Part shown: positions 9,427-19,917 of the stretch, piece after piece | Numbering within the stretch: position 1 is the stretch's first letter | How the letters are laid out: every line of letters begins with the position of its first letter | DNA from: Candidatus Latescibacterota bacterium | GTDB lineage: Bacteria > Latescibacterota > UBA2968 > UBA8231 | Assembly: GCA_965248265.1 (NCBI GenBank) | Contig: CBDFJF010000002.1 | Span: 3,395,052 to 3,459,051, forward strand | DNA length: 64,000 nt | Reading direction: 5' to 3' | The notes under the pieces: model-generated | The model's input: only the letters and a program-made list of their open reading frames with translations | Told to the model about the DNA's origin: nothing | Databases searched by the model: none | Translations under genes and position numbers: made by a program

Positions 9427-10179
9427 TCACGTCTCCAACTGGTCGTCGAGGTTGGCGACCACGGTGCCCGGATTTTCCCCGCTGCAGATTTTTATGATGG
9501 CGGACGGCTCGGCAAAGTCGAACAAATGGATGGGGATGTCGTGATCCCGAGCCAGAATAACAGACGGATGATCAACCACAGTCAGTTTTTGGCTGATGAT
9601 GGTGTCGTAGTTCATGGTTTTGTACAACCTCGCATCCGCATCCGTGTTCGGATCGGCGGTGAAGATACCCCGCGTGGCGTTCTTGGCGGAGAGGATGGCC
9701 TCAGAGCGTGTTTCGATGGCGCGTTGCGAGGCCGCGTAATCCGTCGTCACATAGGGGTTACCCGTGCCGCCTGCGAATATGACGATGTGACGCTTCTCCA
9801 GATGGTGTATTGCTCGCAAGCGTATGAAGGGTTCTGCGACCCGGTCGACCGGGATCGCGCTCATCACCCGAACCTCGACCGGCGTCGTCGCCTTGGCCGC
9901 GAGGACCCCACGCAACATGAGGCTGTTCACGATGGTTCCCAACATCCCGATGTTGTCGGCCTCGGCTCGTTCGATACCCCACTGTGCGCCCAGATTGCCG
10001 CGAAAAATGTTACCCGCACCGATCACGATGGAGACCTCGACGCCCTCGGCGTGCAGTTTTAACACTTCTTCAGCGATGTGCTCGAGAGCACTCGGATCGA
10101 AGCCGAAATCCTGGTCTCCGGAGACCGCCTGGCCGCTTAGTTTTAGCAGGACTCGTTTATAGCGCATACAGTTCGGCAC
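9427..10179 (-). CDS. pyrH: UMP kinase
   Basis: RVLLKLSG...GAGNIFRG...IVIFAGGTGNPYVTTD are UMP-kinase motifs. Confidence 0.9.
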   Translation of the reverse strand: MPNCMRYKRVLLKLSGQAVSGDQDFGFDPSALEHIAEEVLKLHAEGVEVSIVIGAGNIFRGNLGAQWGIERAEADNIGMLGTIVNSLMLRGVLAAKATTPVEVRVMSAIPVDRVAEPFIRLRAIHHLEKRHIVIFAGGTGNPYVTTDYAASQRAIETRSEAILSAKNATRGIFTADPNTDADARLYKTMNYDTIISQKLTVVDHPSVILARDHDIPIHLFDFAEPSAIIKICSGENPGTVVANLDDQLET

Positions 10180-10181
10180 TC

Positions 10182-11621
10182 CTACAGAAGCCGGCTCTTC
10201 TCGACTTCACGAGCTTCCGGGTGCCGACGCACTATTTCATCGACGCGCTGCACGAAGGCATCCACCTGCTGACGCGCGAGGCCGGTGAATGCCCGTGAGT
10301 CGGCGAGGATAACACCGATCTCTTCCTCCGTGAATGGTACTCTCTCGTCGCCTCCAAGACGCCTGGCGAGATCGTTGTCGATTCGGCCCTGCTCGCGCAT
10401 CTCGAGAGCAACGGCGACGGTGTGCTCCTTGATGGCCTCGTGAATGTTTTCCCGGCCAGCTCCGCGTTGTACCGCCTCCATCATCAATGTGGTAGTGGCG
10501 AGAAAGGGCAGATAACGTTGCACTTCGTTGTCGATGACGGATTCATAAACGCCCATGTCGTCGATGATATGCCATGCCGTCTCAATCAAGCCATCGAAGG
10601 CCATGAAGCTGTCAGGCAAGGCGACGCGCCGCACGACGGAACAGGACACATCCCCCTCGAACCACTGGTCCCCGGCCAGTCCCTGCAGCATGTGCAGGTA
10701 CCCACCAAGGACGACCTGCAAACCATTGATGCGTTCGCAGCTGCGGGTATTCATCTTGTGCGGCATGGCCGATGATCCGACCTGACCTGGGGCGAAGCCC
10801 TCGGTGACCAGCTCGTCGCCGGCCATGAGGCGGAGGGTACGTGCCAGGTTGGCGACGCCACTGCCGAGTTGGAACATACAGCTGACGACCTCGAAATCCA
10901 GACTACGTGGATAAATCTGACCTACGGTGCCCAACTGGTGTTCGAAACCCAGATGGCGCTGGACGCTATTCTGTAACGCTTCAAGGCGGGTCTCATCGCC
11001 CCCGCAAAGAGTCAGCTGATCTACCGCCGTGCCGACGGCGCCCTTGAGTCCGCGCAACGGATAGCTGGATATCAGCGCTTCCAGCCGGCGTAGGGCAACC
11101 AGCATTTCCTCGCCGAACATGGCCAGGCGTCTGCCCATCGTCGTCGGCTGAGCCGCCACGTTGTGGGTGCGTGCGACGACGACGAGATCTCGCCACTGTT
11201 GGGACCGTTGGCTGAGGCGCCACAGTACGGTGACGTACTTCGGCAACAGGAGTCTCAATGAGCGCAGTATCTGAAACTGTTCGACATTGTCCGTCAGATC
11301 GCGACTCGTCATGCCCTTGTGGATTTCCTCGTGGCCAGCGAGGGCACAGAACTCTTCGATGCGGGCTTTGACGTCGTGCCGGGTGAGGGTCTCACGCTGG
11401 TTGATGGAATCCAGGTCAACGTGTTCGATGACCTGTTCGTACGCCGTGATCACCTCGGAGGAAACATCCAATCCCAACTCGCGCTGTGCCTTCAGTACTG
11501 CAACCCACAGCTCTCGCTCCAGCACGATCCGGCCGCGTTCAGACCACAGTGCCTTCAACTGCGGGCTTGCATAGCGCTGCGCCAGCACGTTGGGGATGGT
11601 TTCAGCCTTGTTTTCAGCCAT
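10182..11621 (-). CDS. purB: adenylosuccinate lyase (long form)
   Basis: Fumarate-lyase signature GSSAMPHKMN in a 479-aa ORF. Confidence 0.9.
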   Translation of the reverse strand: MAENKAETIPNVLAQRYASPQLKALWSERGRIVLERELWVAVLKAQRELGLDVSSEVITAYEQVIEHVDLDSINQRETLTRHDVKARIEEFCALAGHEEIHKGMTSRDLTDNVEQFQILRSLRLLLPKYVTVLWRLSQRSQQWRDLVVVARTHNVAAQPTTMGRRLAMFGEEMLVALRRLEALISSYPLRGLKGAVGTAVDQLTLCGGDETRLEALQNSVQRHLGFEHQLGTVGQIYPRSLDFEVVSCMFQLGSGVANLARTLRLMAGDELVTEGFAPGQVGSSAMPHKMNTRSCERINGLQVVLGGYLHMLQGLAGDQWFEGDVSCSVVRRVALPDSFMAFDGLIETAWHIIDDMGVYESVIDNEVQRYLPFLATTTLMMEAVQRGAGRENIHEAIKEHTVAVALEMREQGRIDNDLARRLGGDERVPFTEEEIGVILADSRAFTGLARQQVDAFVQRVDEIVRRHPEAREVEKSRLL

Positions 11622-11814
11622 GATCAGGCAGGACCCTCGTGGACTGGGACAGTTGTATCAAGGGGTATCGTCGGGCGACAGCTAATGAGAGGGGTAAACG
11701 GGGGGAGGAAGATCGAGTAGCGTGCTACTGCCAAGCGCGGAACCCTCTTGTCTTGGACGTGTGGGTGTGTCTGATACCTAAATCATAGGGATTGGCCTGA
11801 ATAGCCGCCAGCGA

Positions 11815-13221
11815 TCAGATGTGCCCGATCCAACGCCAGTAGAGGACGTTGAGGGGAAAAAGGAAGATCAGTGAGAGCGTTGAAATGATCATCATGACCG
11901 CGCACAACTGGCGCATGGTGAATCGCTTGTAGGAGAGTGCGACCATGAAGGGGGCCGCCTGGTATGGCAAGAAAACGAGCGCCGTCGCCATGCCTACGCT
12001 GAGTGCCGCCGGCAACTGCGCCACTCCATGGACTTGCGCGAAATCCAGCATCACCGGTGTGATCACCCCTGCCACAGCGCCGATATCCATCAGGAAATCG
12101 AGAGGTACGACCAGCCAGGTAATGGCCATGTGCTTGAACAACCAGCCGTGCTGACTGAACTCGACGGTGTTGCCCTCGACCCAGCTCATGAACCAATCGC
12201 TGAAGCCTGCTTCCTGCAAGGCCTCTCCCATGGAGAACAGGGCTGCCAAATAGAAGAAGAAGGGGAAGTTCACCTCGCGGAGGTGCTCGATCTGCAGGAC
12301 TCCCCAGCGCGGGACCATGGCCAACAGCACCAGGACGAGTCCGATGTAGGCTGGGGCGAGTCCGTGGAAGACATCCGTCGCCCACAGCGCAACACCAGCG
12401 AGCAGGAGTACCAGAGTACGGCGTTGGCTAGAACTCAACTGGGTATCAGCCGGCGTCGATGTGGCCTCCTGCTTCTCCACTGAACTCAATCGCATTCGCC
12501 GCCCGAATAGAAACCAGATCACGCCGAAGCAGACGATCGTTCGCACCAGGCCGATAACCGGAAACATCCACTGCAGCCATTCGCCCCAGTAGACGATGCG
12601 GCCAGCAGCCTCCAGCTGGCCGGCAACGACCATGTTGGGTACCGAGCCTGTAAGTACTCCGCATCCTCCGTAATAGGTACTGCACAGCAGAGACAGCGTG
12701 ATCGCGACGTCGTTCAAGCGTGAGTCTGTATCTGTATTCGATAAGGGGGACACCCGGTCGGCGATGGCGAGGCCGATCGGCATCAGGAAGAGCACCCGCA
12801 CCACGCCGGAAGGTACCAGGAAAGCGAACGTCAGACCGACCATATGCAGGGCGACGATGATCCGCAGGGGGTCGGGGCCCGTGTGCCGCAGAATGCGAGC
12901 GGCCATGCGCTCACCAAGACCCGATCGGGTCAACGCCACGCTCAAGCTCATACCCGCGAACACGAGCCAGATGGTCTGTCGTGCGAACGGCTTGAAACTC
13001 TCCTGGAAGGTCAGCAGGTCGAGTGCGGGAAACAGAAGGAGGATCGCCAGCGAACTGTACTCGATCGCTACCGGCTGTGTCGTCCACACGACCGCGGCGA
13101 ACACGGCCAGGCAGACGGCGCGCTGGGCCAGCGGGTCGAGCCCCGCTACAGGAGAAAGGACCCCGGCGAGCAAGAGGCTGCCGGTGATCAGAGTGGGAAA
13201 CCAGCGGCTCTGGATACTCAC
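11815..13221 (-). CDS. DASS/SLC13 (ArsB/NhaD superfamily) anion symporter
   Basis: 468-aa polytopic permease with a central hydrophilic loop and duplicated halves typical of CitMHS/DASS transporters. Confidence 0.65.
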   Translation of the reverse strand: MSIQSRWFPTLITGSLLLAGVLSPVAGLDPLAQRAVCLAVFAAVVWTTQPVAIEYSSLAILLLFPALDLLTFQESFKPFARQTIWLVFAGMSLSVALTRSGLGERMAARILRHTGPDPLRIIVALHMVGLTFAFLVPSGVVRVLFLMPIGLAIADRVSPLSNTDTDSRLNDVAITLSLLCSTYYGGCGVLTGSVPNMVVAGQLEAAGRIVYWGEWLQWMFPVIGLVRTIVCFGVIWFLFGRRMRLSSVEKQEATSTPADTQLSSSQRRTLVLLLAGVALWATDVFHGLAPAYIGLVLVLLAMVPRWGVLQIEHLREVNFPFFFYLAALFSMGEALQEAGFSDWFMSWVEGNTVEFSQHGWLFKHMAITWLVVPLDFLMDIGAVAGVITPVMLDFAQVHGVAQLPAALSVGMATALVFLPYQAAPFMVALSYKRFTMRQLCAVMMIISTLSLIFLFPLNVLYWRWIGHI

Positions 13222-14249
13222 TGGGCCAGTCGGTCTGCCAGGTGGCCGACGGCGATCGCGAAGTGATTAGAGCGATTCCAACGCAGCAGCGAATGAAAGT
13301 TGTCGTAGACGACGAAAGCCCGTCCGCCGCTACCGTCGGGCTGCAGTAGCATCGACCACAGGTTTCTCGTCGGCAGGTTGCGTCCGTCCGCTCGACGGAC
13401 TCCCAGTGCCTGCCAGCGATTGAGTCGGAGACGGACTTCGTCTCCGAGCAGCCGGCGATCGAAATCAATCGGCAGGCTCACCTCGCGTCCCCAGGTTTGA
13501 TCGTCATGCCAGTCGAAGAGAGAAGTGAGTTTGGCGATCGATGCCAGCACATCGGCCGGGTTACTCCAAATATCCCGCACCCCATCGTTGTCCTGATCAA
13601 CGGCGTGGCGGAGGAAGTTGGACGGCATGAACTGGCATTGGCCCATGGCCCCTGCCCACGAGCCGTACATGCGTTCCGCACTGGCTTCACCACGATCCAC
13701 CAACTTCAATGCGGCAATCAGTTCACGTCGAAAGTAGTCGCGCCGCCTGCCCGCGTGTGCCAGCGTTGTCAGGCTGCCGATGGTCGGGAAACCACCAGTG
13801 TTGGCTCCGAAATCGCTTTCGAGTCCCCACAAGGCCACGATGAATCGCGGCTGTATGCCGTGAACCTGTGCGATGTCAGCCAACAACTCAGCATGCCGGG
13901 CAAGCAGCCGTTTCCCCTTTTGCACTCGGGCGGGGGAGACGACGTTGGCCAGATAGGTCTCAACGGACATCGTCCGCTCAGGTTGGTGACTCTGTAGTTT
14001 GAGTACTTTCGGCATCAACTGCACGCCGTCCAGAGCCTGTGAGAGCGCTTCCTCGGAGACCCCCTCGGCAGCAGCATCTCGTTTCAGCTCTGCCAGCCAA
14101 CGCATGAATGATGCATCCGGGTCGGCTTCTTTGGCGACCACGTCGAAAGGAGTGGTGATGTAGATGATGAGTGCGACAAAGAAAACCGCCCTGGACAACC
14201 TTCCATGACCAACGCTGCGTCGAATCCTCCCGGCTTGGTAGCTCCCCAC
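13218..14249 (-). CDS. mltB: lytic murein transglycosylase B-like
   Basis: MltB/Slt35 core (WGLESDFG...MGQCQFMPSNF). Signal-peptide-like N-terminus from a GTG at 14249. The listed ORF start at 14540 is a spurious extension. Confidence 0.75.
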   Translation of the reverse strand: MGSYQAGRIRRSVGHGRLSRAVFFVALIIYITTPFDVVAKEADPDASFMRWLAELKRDAAAEGVSEEALSQALDGVQLMPKVLKLQSHQPERTMSVETYLANVVSPARVQKGKRLLARHAELLADIAQVHGIQPRFIVALWGLESDFGANTGGFPTIGSLTTLAHAGRRRDYFRRELIAALKLVDRGEASAERMYGSWAGAMGQCQFMPSNFLRHAVDQDNDGVRDIWSNPADVLASIAKLTSLFDWHDDQTWGREVSLPIDFDRRLLGDEVRLRLNRWQALGVRRADGRNLPTRNLWSMLLQPDGSGGRAFVVYDNFHSLLRWNRSNHFAIAVGHLADRLAQ

Positions 14250-14251
14250 GC

Positions 14252-15643
14252 TCAGTTCACCATGAACAGACTGATTTGAGGTACATACGTAATGACCATA
14301 AGGGCACCCAACAACAGCAACAGGAACGGTACCGAGGCCCGGTACAGAGACAGGATAGGTCGTTCGAACCGCGCACTGGCGATAAACAGGTTGAGGCCCA
14401 CGGGCGGCGTCGAGTAGCCGATTTCCAGATTCGTCAGAAAGATGATTCCCAAGTGAACGGGATGTACGCCGTAGAATTCTGCGATCGGGAGTATCAGGGG
14501 GACGACGAGGATGAGGGCGGAGAACATGTCGATCATGCAACCGACGGCAAGCAGAAACACGTTGAGGAGTATCAGGAAAACAAGACGATCGCTGATATGC
14601 AGTTGAATGTAACCGAGCAGTTGATTGGGAATCTGTGCGTCGATCATGTAGCTGGTGTAGGCCATGGCGGCGGCCAGGATCACGAATATCGAGCCCACCA
14701 GCACCATGGTTCGACGGATGACCCCCGGTAGATCTCGCCAGCTGATCTCCTTGTGTATCGCCATCTCGACGATCAAAACATAGAGAACGCTCAGCGCCGC
14801 TGCTTCACTGACCGCAATCGTTCCGGAATAAATTCCGGCAATGACGACGACGGGCAGAAGCAGCTCCCAAACGCCCTCTCTAATAGCCGCCCATGCAGGC
14901 ACATTGTCCGCAATTCCCTCAGGGGAATCGCCGGCAGGCAAGGCAACGTCCTGTCGCTGGCGCCGCCCGATCACGAAGCAGTAGGCCGACAGGATGGCCA
15001 CCAGCAGCAGCCCGGGGGCGATGCCGGCAACGAACAGCTGATCGATCGGAGTCTCCGAGACAATGCCGTACAGGATCAGCGGGATGGACGGTGGGAACAG
15101 CAGTCCCAGGCTGCCGGAGGTCGTCAGTAGTCCCAGTGAGAACCTCTCGGGATAGCCGGCTCGTTGCAGGGCCACAAACAGCAGTCCGCCGGCGACAACG
15201 ATCGTCATGCCGGAGGCCCCGGTGAAGGCCGTCAGCAGGGCACACACGGCCACAGCGACGATCCCCAGTCCTCCCGGAAGCCATCCCAGCAAGGCGTTCG
15301 ACAGACGCACCAACCGCCGGGCCGCACCGCTTTCCGCCAATAGAAAACCGGCCAGAGCGAATAGGGGAATGGCTGAAAGAGCCGGGTTGTCTGCCAGCCG
15401 GTACATTTCGATGAAGACGACCGTCGGGTCGATGCCTTCACCGACGAAGCTGATGAGAGCAAGAGCCGCAATGATGATGAAGAGCGGGGAGCCGAGTAGA
15501 GCGAGGGCGAGGGCGGCTACCGTGGTCACGGTATCGGCGATATCCGCAACGATGATGAACACCGGAGCGATGACCAGCATCGTCTGAGAAACCGCCAGCT
15601 CATCACTCCAAAAGCCAGAGGAAAAATGACCTGGAAGATCCAA
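14252..15643 (-). CDS. dctM: TRAP transporter large permease
   Basis: DctM-family 12-TM permease. True start may be M at 15580. Overlaps the dctQ end. Confidence 0.85.
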   Translation of the reverse strand: MDLPGHFSSGFWSDELAVSQTMLVIAPVFIIVADIADTVTTVAALALALLGSPLFIIIAALALISFVGEGIDPTVVFIEMYRLADNPALSAIPLFALAGFLLAESGAARRLVRLSNALLGWLPGGLGIVAVAVCALLTAFTGASGMTIVVAGGLLFVALQRAGYPERFSLGLLTTSGSLGLLFPPSIPLILYGIVSETPIDQLFVAGIAPGLLLVAILSAYCFVIGRRQRQDVALPAGDSPEGIADNVPAWAAIREGVWELLLPVVVIAGIYSGTIAVSEAAALSVLYVLIVEMAIHKEISWRDLPGVIRRTMVLVGSIFVILAAAMAYTSYMIDAQIPNQLLGYIQLHISDRLVFLILLNVFLLAVGCMIDMFSALILVVPLILPIAEFYGVHPVHLGIIFLTNLEIGYSTPPVGLNLFIASARFERPILSLYRASVPFLLLLLGALMVITYVPQISLFMVN

Positions 15644-16098
15644 TTGGGCAGGTCTAGGGCGCCCTGCATGCCGTAGGTGTACTCATCGTGGACGAAATCG
15701 ACAGCAATCACCGCCAGTAGTCCACATACTGCCGCATTGAACAGATAGATAGAGGCATCGACGTAGCGCCTCTTACCGCCGGGTAGCAGTCGCAGGATGG
15801 TGTCGATGCGGAGGTGTCGATTCTCGCGAGCTGCGACAAGGGCTCCCATGAAGGCCGTCCACAACACCAGCATGCGCACGACGGGATCCGCCCACAGCAA
15901 GGTGATGGAAAACAGGTTGCGCAGCAAAATTTGGGCGATGGCGACCACCACGAGGATGATGGTGAGTAGAACCAGGAAGGCGTCCTCCGTGCGCTCTACG
16001 CGAGAGCCGTCGAGGACCGGCCCAGGTTGAGGCGTCGTCGGCCGGGGCCTGGCTGACTGAGCAGACTCGTCACTCTCGTCTGTTGAAGTTCCGATCAT
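15526..16098 (-). CDS. dctQ: TRAP transporter small permease
   Basis: Four-TM DctQ-like protein located between dctP and dctM. Confidence 0.7.
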   Translation of the reverse strand: MIGTSTDESDESAQSARPRPTTPQPGPVLDGSRVERTEDAFLVLLTIILVVVAIAQILLRNLFSITLLWADPVVRMLVLWTAFMGALVAARENRHLRIDTILRLLPGGKRRYVDASIYLFNAAVCGLLAVIAVDFVHDEYTYGMQGALDLPNWIFQVIFPLAFGVMSWRFLRRCWSSLRCSSSLRISPIP

Positions 16099-17141
16099 GG
16101 AGTCCGGCGGCCTTCCCGCAACGTGGCAAGATGATCCTGGACCAGGTCGGCAGCTGTTTTGGAGAATGCATGGTCGACCAATTCCGGCATAGATTCATCC
16201 ACGAGCGCCTGGAAACCCCGGATTTCTTTTTCGGGTGGAACGACGCGGACCAGTCCCTGTTGCTCCAGTACCTGCAGCGCTTCCCGGTTCTGAAGACGGC
16301 TGCTGGCCATCTGCGCGCGCATGTGTTTCCAGGATATGGAGCGCAGCAGATCGCCATGCTCCGGAGACAGCCTGTTGAACACGCGCTTGTCCACAAGGAA
16401 GGCACCCAGGGCATAGTTGATTGGCAGATCGGTGAAATGGGTGACCTTGGTGAACCACTGCAGAACGATGGCGGCAGCTGGTGAGGCATAGACGACCTCG
16501 ACCAGGTTCATCTGCAGTCCCAGCAGGACGTCCGGGATAGACAACGGCACTGAAGTCACGCCTGCTTTCTTGAAGAGGACGCCCGTGATCGGCTCTCCCT
16601 GTAGCCGCCAGACCTTCACGTTCTTTATGTCCTCAGCGCCTGTGATCGGTTGCTTCGAGAGTAGATGGATGAATCCGACATCGGCCCAACCCAGCAGGAC
16701 ATAGCCATTGCGGTCGTAACCGTCCACATAGTAGTCGTGCATCTGCTCCAGGACGTAGTCGACCTCGTCATAGTTCGAAAAAAGAAAAGGGGTCTCCAGG
16801 GCCAGTACGTCGGGGAAGAGGTTGCTGACTCCGATGCCGCCGAACCCGGCTCCGTGCAACTGTCCTACCCTCATCTTGCGAATCATTACTTCCTCTTCGC
16901 CTTGGACCCCTCCGGGGTAGATGCGAAGTCCGATCGCGTCCTCCGTCGACGCTCTGACTTCGGCGTCGATGGATCTCAAGGCCTTCACCCAACTGCTCCC
17001 ATCCGGGGCCAGAGTGGCCACCTTGACCAGCTGGGTGGGAAAGACCTCGAATGAAGAGGATACGACAAGCGTGAGAGCCATCGTCAACGAGCGCAGCGCG
17101 CACATGGTTGTTGCGTGCCTAAAAGAATACATCGGTTTCAT
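16095..17141 (-). CDS. dctP: TRAP transporter substrate-binding protein
   Basis: DctP-family periplasmic SBP fold with an N-terminal signal peptide. Confidence 0.85.
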   Translation of the reverse strand: MKPMYSFRHATTMCALRSLTMALTLVVSSSFEVFPTQLVKVATLAPDGSSWVKALRSIDAEVRASTEDAIGLRIYPGGVQGEEEVMIRKMRVGQLHGAGFGGIGVSNLFPDVLALETPFLFSNYDEVDYVLEQMHDYYVDGYDRNGYVLLGWADVGFIHLLSKQPITGAEDIKNVKVWRLQGEPITGVLFKKAGVTSVPLSIPDVLLGLQMNLVEVVYASPAAAIVLQWFTKVTHFTDLPINYALGAFLVDKRVFNRLSPEHGDLLRSISWKHMRAQMASSRLQNREALQVLEQQGLVRVVPPEKEIRGFQALVDESMPELVDHAFSKTAADLVQDHLATLREGRRTP

Positions 17142-18015
17142 CCAACAGCGTCAGTGCCAGGCCGTGGGCGGCAGTATTCTGCAACGTCAACTCGGGAACG
17201 GCGTCAACGGGTACATCCAGTGCTTGGTGTAGTAGTGATTCGTAAAGTTCGCGGTCATAAACTTGCCTGGCGTAGTACCGAGCCATCTGCACGAACACGA
17301 TCGCTGACTTACCATCACTCAGTTCCACCGCTCGTTCGAAGTGCTCGCGGGAGCGTTCGGGTTTACCCCCTAGCATGGGAGGCAGTGCCGCATAATAAAT
17401 ACCGAGAAACAAATGCGGGCTGCCCAACAGGATGGTCTCGTCGCGTTCGAGCACCCACTCCATCAGCAGGATAACCCGTGGCAGGTCGGCAAGTGCGGTC
17501 ATCGACTCCGTATGAACGCTGATCCAGGCTCCCCACCCGCTGGCGGCCCAGAATACGAACTCGACGTCCTCAGAGCGCAGCGCCGACGTGATCTGGGTGA
17601 ACTGACTATACGGAGCGGCCAACAGGGGAGCGACGGCTCGCCTCTTCTGGACCAGCGCTCTCAGGCCGTAGTCCTTGCCGCGTCGGTACATCAGGCGAGC
17701 CCGTTCGGGCGTGTTCGACTCGATCAAGGCTCCGTATGAGGTATAGGCTTGAGAGGCCTCGATCAGCAAATCGGCGTCGTTCGGGTTGCCTTCCAGCAGG
17801 CCGTCCATCAGCAGCAGATACGTGGGGGCAGCCTGGGTTACGAGTTCTGCGTCCTCATGTTTGTTGGTGGCAGATGTCAGATCCTCCATCAATGAGCCCA
17901 TCGCGGCATTGCGCAGCAAACCACATCCCGCAACCGATATGAGTAGGACCGAAACAACCGCTGCGCCAAGGTGTGCACGGCTCGGGTGGCAGGAAATTGG
18001 AGAGGTCATCAGCAC
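17119..18015 (-). CDS. TatT-like TPR lipoprotein (TRAP-associated)
   Basis: Lipobox LISVAGC. Helical-repeat protein sharing an overlapping operon with dctP. Confidence 0.65.
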   Translation of the reverse strand: MLMTSPISCHPSRAHLGAAVVSVLLISVAGCGLLRNAAMGSLMEDLTSATNKHEDAELVTQAAPTYLLLMDGLLEGNPNDADLLIEASQAYTSYGALIESNTPERARLMYRRGKDYGLRALVQKRRAVAPLLAAPYSQFTQITSALRSEDVEFVFWAASGWGAWISVHTESMTALADLPRVILLMEWVLERDETILLGSPHLFLGIYYAALPPMLGGKPERSREHFERAVELSDGKSAIVFVQMARYYARQVYDRELYESLLHQALDVPVDAVPELTLQNTAAHGLALTLLDETDVFF

Positions 18016-18030
18016 AAGTGAATAGGTGTG

Positions 18031-18789
18031 CTACCTGGCGCACCAACCCCCGTCAACGACGAGGATGTGTCCGCTGACATAATCGGAAGCACTCGAAGCC
18101 AGAAAAATGGTCGCTCCTTTGAGATCCTCAGGTTCACCCCATCGTCCGGCAGGGATGCGCTCGAGGATCGCCTGGGAGCGGTCTTCATCCGCACGTAGCG
18201 CCGAGGTGTTGCGGGTAACCATGTAACCGGGGGCGATGGCGTTGACGTTGATGTTGTGGGCCGCCCATTCGTTGGCCATCGCCTTCGTGAGTTGTCCCAC
18301 TGCACCTTTACTGGCAGCGTACCCGGGAACCAGAATGCCGCCGGAGAACGTCAACACTGATGCCGTGGTAATGATCTTGCCTCTGCCTTGGGACAACATG
18401 TGCCTGCCCGCCAGCTGACTCCCGAACCAGACCGCATCGAGGTTGACGTTGAGGACGCGATCCCAGTCCTCGTCTGGGTGCTCGGCGATGGGGGCGCGGT
18501 GAATGATGCCGGCATTGTTGACGAGTATATCCAGTCTACTCTGCCAGGCGTGGGCCTCGTCTACGGCCGTACGCAGTTGCTCGCGATCGCCGACATCGCA
18601 TTCGAGAGCCAGAAACCGACGTCCGGAGGATTCAACCTCGTTGCCGACCTCAGCGAGGTTTTCGCGGTCTCGGCTGATACCGGCGACATCCGCTCCGGCT
18701 TCCGCCAGGCCTGCCGCCATGGCCCTACCCAGGCCAAAACTGGCACCTGTAACCAACGCGATCTGTCCGTCCAGGTTGAAACGCCGCAC
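18031..18789 (-). CDS. SDR-family oxidoreductase (KduD/2-deoxy-D-gluconate 3-dehydrogenase-like)
   Basis: TGASFGLGRA...NNAG...YAASKGAV are classical SDR motifs. Confidence 0.85.
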   Translation of the reverse strand: MRRFNLDGQIALVTGASFGLGRAMAAGLAEAGADVAGISRDRENLAEVGNEVESSGRRFLALECDVGDREQLRTAVDEAHAWQSRLDILVNNAGIIHRAPIAEHPDEDWDRVLNVNLDAVWFGSQLAGRHMLSQGRGKIITTASVLTFSGGILVPGYAASKGAVGQLTKAMANEWAAHNINVNAIAPGYMVTRNTSALRADEDRSQAILERIPAGRWGEPEDLKGATIFLASSASDYVSGHILVVDGGWCAR

Positions 18790-18811
18790 TGTATCGTCCT
18801 CTTGGTCCGGT

Positions 18812-19903
18812 TCAGGGTGGATCTTGGTTTGCTGTCAGTTCGGCAGTGCTATCTCGCAAACATGCTCGAGGTGATTCGGTTTGCGAGCACGACCGGCTGA
18901 TTTCGACCAACCGGCGCAGATCGTTTTCACATGCGCCATACAGGGCATCGAAGTCATCCAGATCGTGGTATCGCCTGTAGGAAAGCAGGCGTGCATTGTT
19001 CACGCTCCAGTCGAGAAATCCGTCATACCGTGAAGGTGACTGGAGAAGCGTCTCGCGAACAGAGCGGTAGTCTGACTTGGCTCTGTTGAACACAGAGACC
19101 CTTTCGCTCAGGATCTGTTCCCGATCGCGACCCGAATTGTATAGACTTTCAAGTTCGGTTACCAGTTCATGCACGAAGTCTCGGAACGCCTGCGCATCCA
19201 GACGGCGTCGGTGCGCGTCGCCGATTTGCTGGCTGGAAGCACCATACTGTTCAGCAAGAAAGCCAAGGCTGCCCATCCTGCCGACGAAGGTTGCCAGACT
19301 CTCGTTGAAATCCGTGTGGCCGGCCGCGAAAACCGTGCCGTGGGTCAACTCATGCAACAGTAGAGATGCGAGCGCGTCGTCTGAGTATTCAAGCATGTTG
19401 CCGAGCACGGGGTCGGAGAAGAATCCAAGAGTGCTGTAGGCTGACACCTGGCCCAACCATACGTCCAATCCCGCAGATTCCAGTGCGGAGCGCTCCGCGT
19501 GTGCCTGATCGAGATTGAAGAATCCCATGTACGGGACAGCGCCGACGATCGGAAAGCTCCACAGATGGGGTTCGAATCGGTCCGGAGGAGAGGCGCTCAG
19601 ATTCCAAGAAACAGGTCGTCCACCCGTATCATAGAAGCTGGTGTACTGATCGCCAACGACAAGCCCGATCTGTTGCCGGCCATAGTCGCGGACGGCAGCT
19701 ACGAAACCAAGTCTGGCCTTGCTGTGAGGATCAAAGTCGGGATCGTGCAGCAATTCTGAAATGGGCCTCGAGTTGACAATCAGCCGCAGTTGCCCGCGAG
19801 CCAGATGCAGATAATAGCCGAGGCTCGGGCCTATGGTCAGGAGAAGGATGGCTCCCAACAGCGCCGCGGGCAGCAGGTATTTGACTGCGGCGCGGGCAAC
19901 CAT
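18812..19903 (-). CDS. predicted aminopeptidase (DUF2265 family, HExxH)
   Basis: N-terminal TM/signal segment and LLLHELTHG zinc motif in a 363-aa ORF. Confidence 0.65.
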   Translation of the reverse strand: MVARAAVKYLLPAALLGAILLLTIGPSLGYYLHLARGQLRLIVNSRPISELLHDPDFDPHSKARLGFVAAVRDYGRQQIGLVVGDQYTSFYDTGGRPVSWNLSASPPDRFEPHLWSFPIVGAVPYMGFFNLDQAHAERSALESAGLDVWLGQVSAYSTLGFFSDPVLGNMLEYSDDALASLLLHELTHGTVFAAGHTDFNESLATFVGRMGSLGFLAEQYGASSQQIGDAHRRRLDAQAFRDFVHELVTELESLYNSGRDREQILSERVSVFNRAKSDYRSVRETLLQSPSRYDGFLDWSVNNARLLSYRRYHDLDDFDALYGACENDLRRLVEISRSCSQTESPRACLRDSTAELTANQDPP

Positions 19904-19917
19904 CTAGCTTGCTCAGC

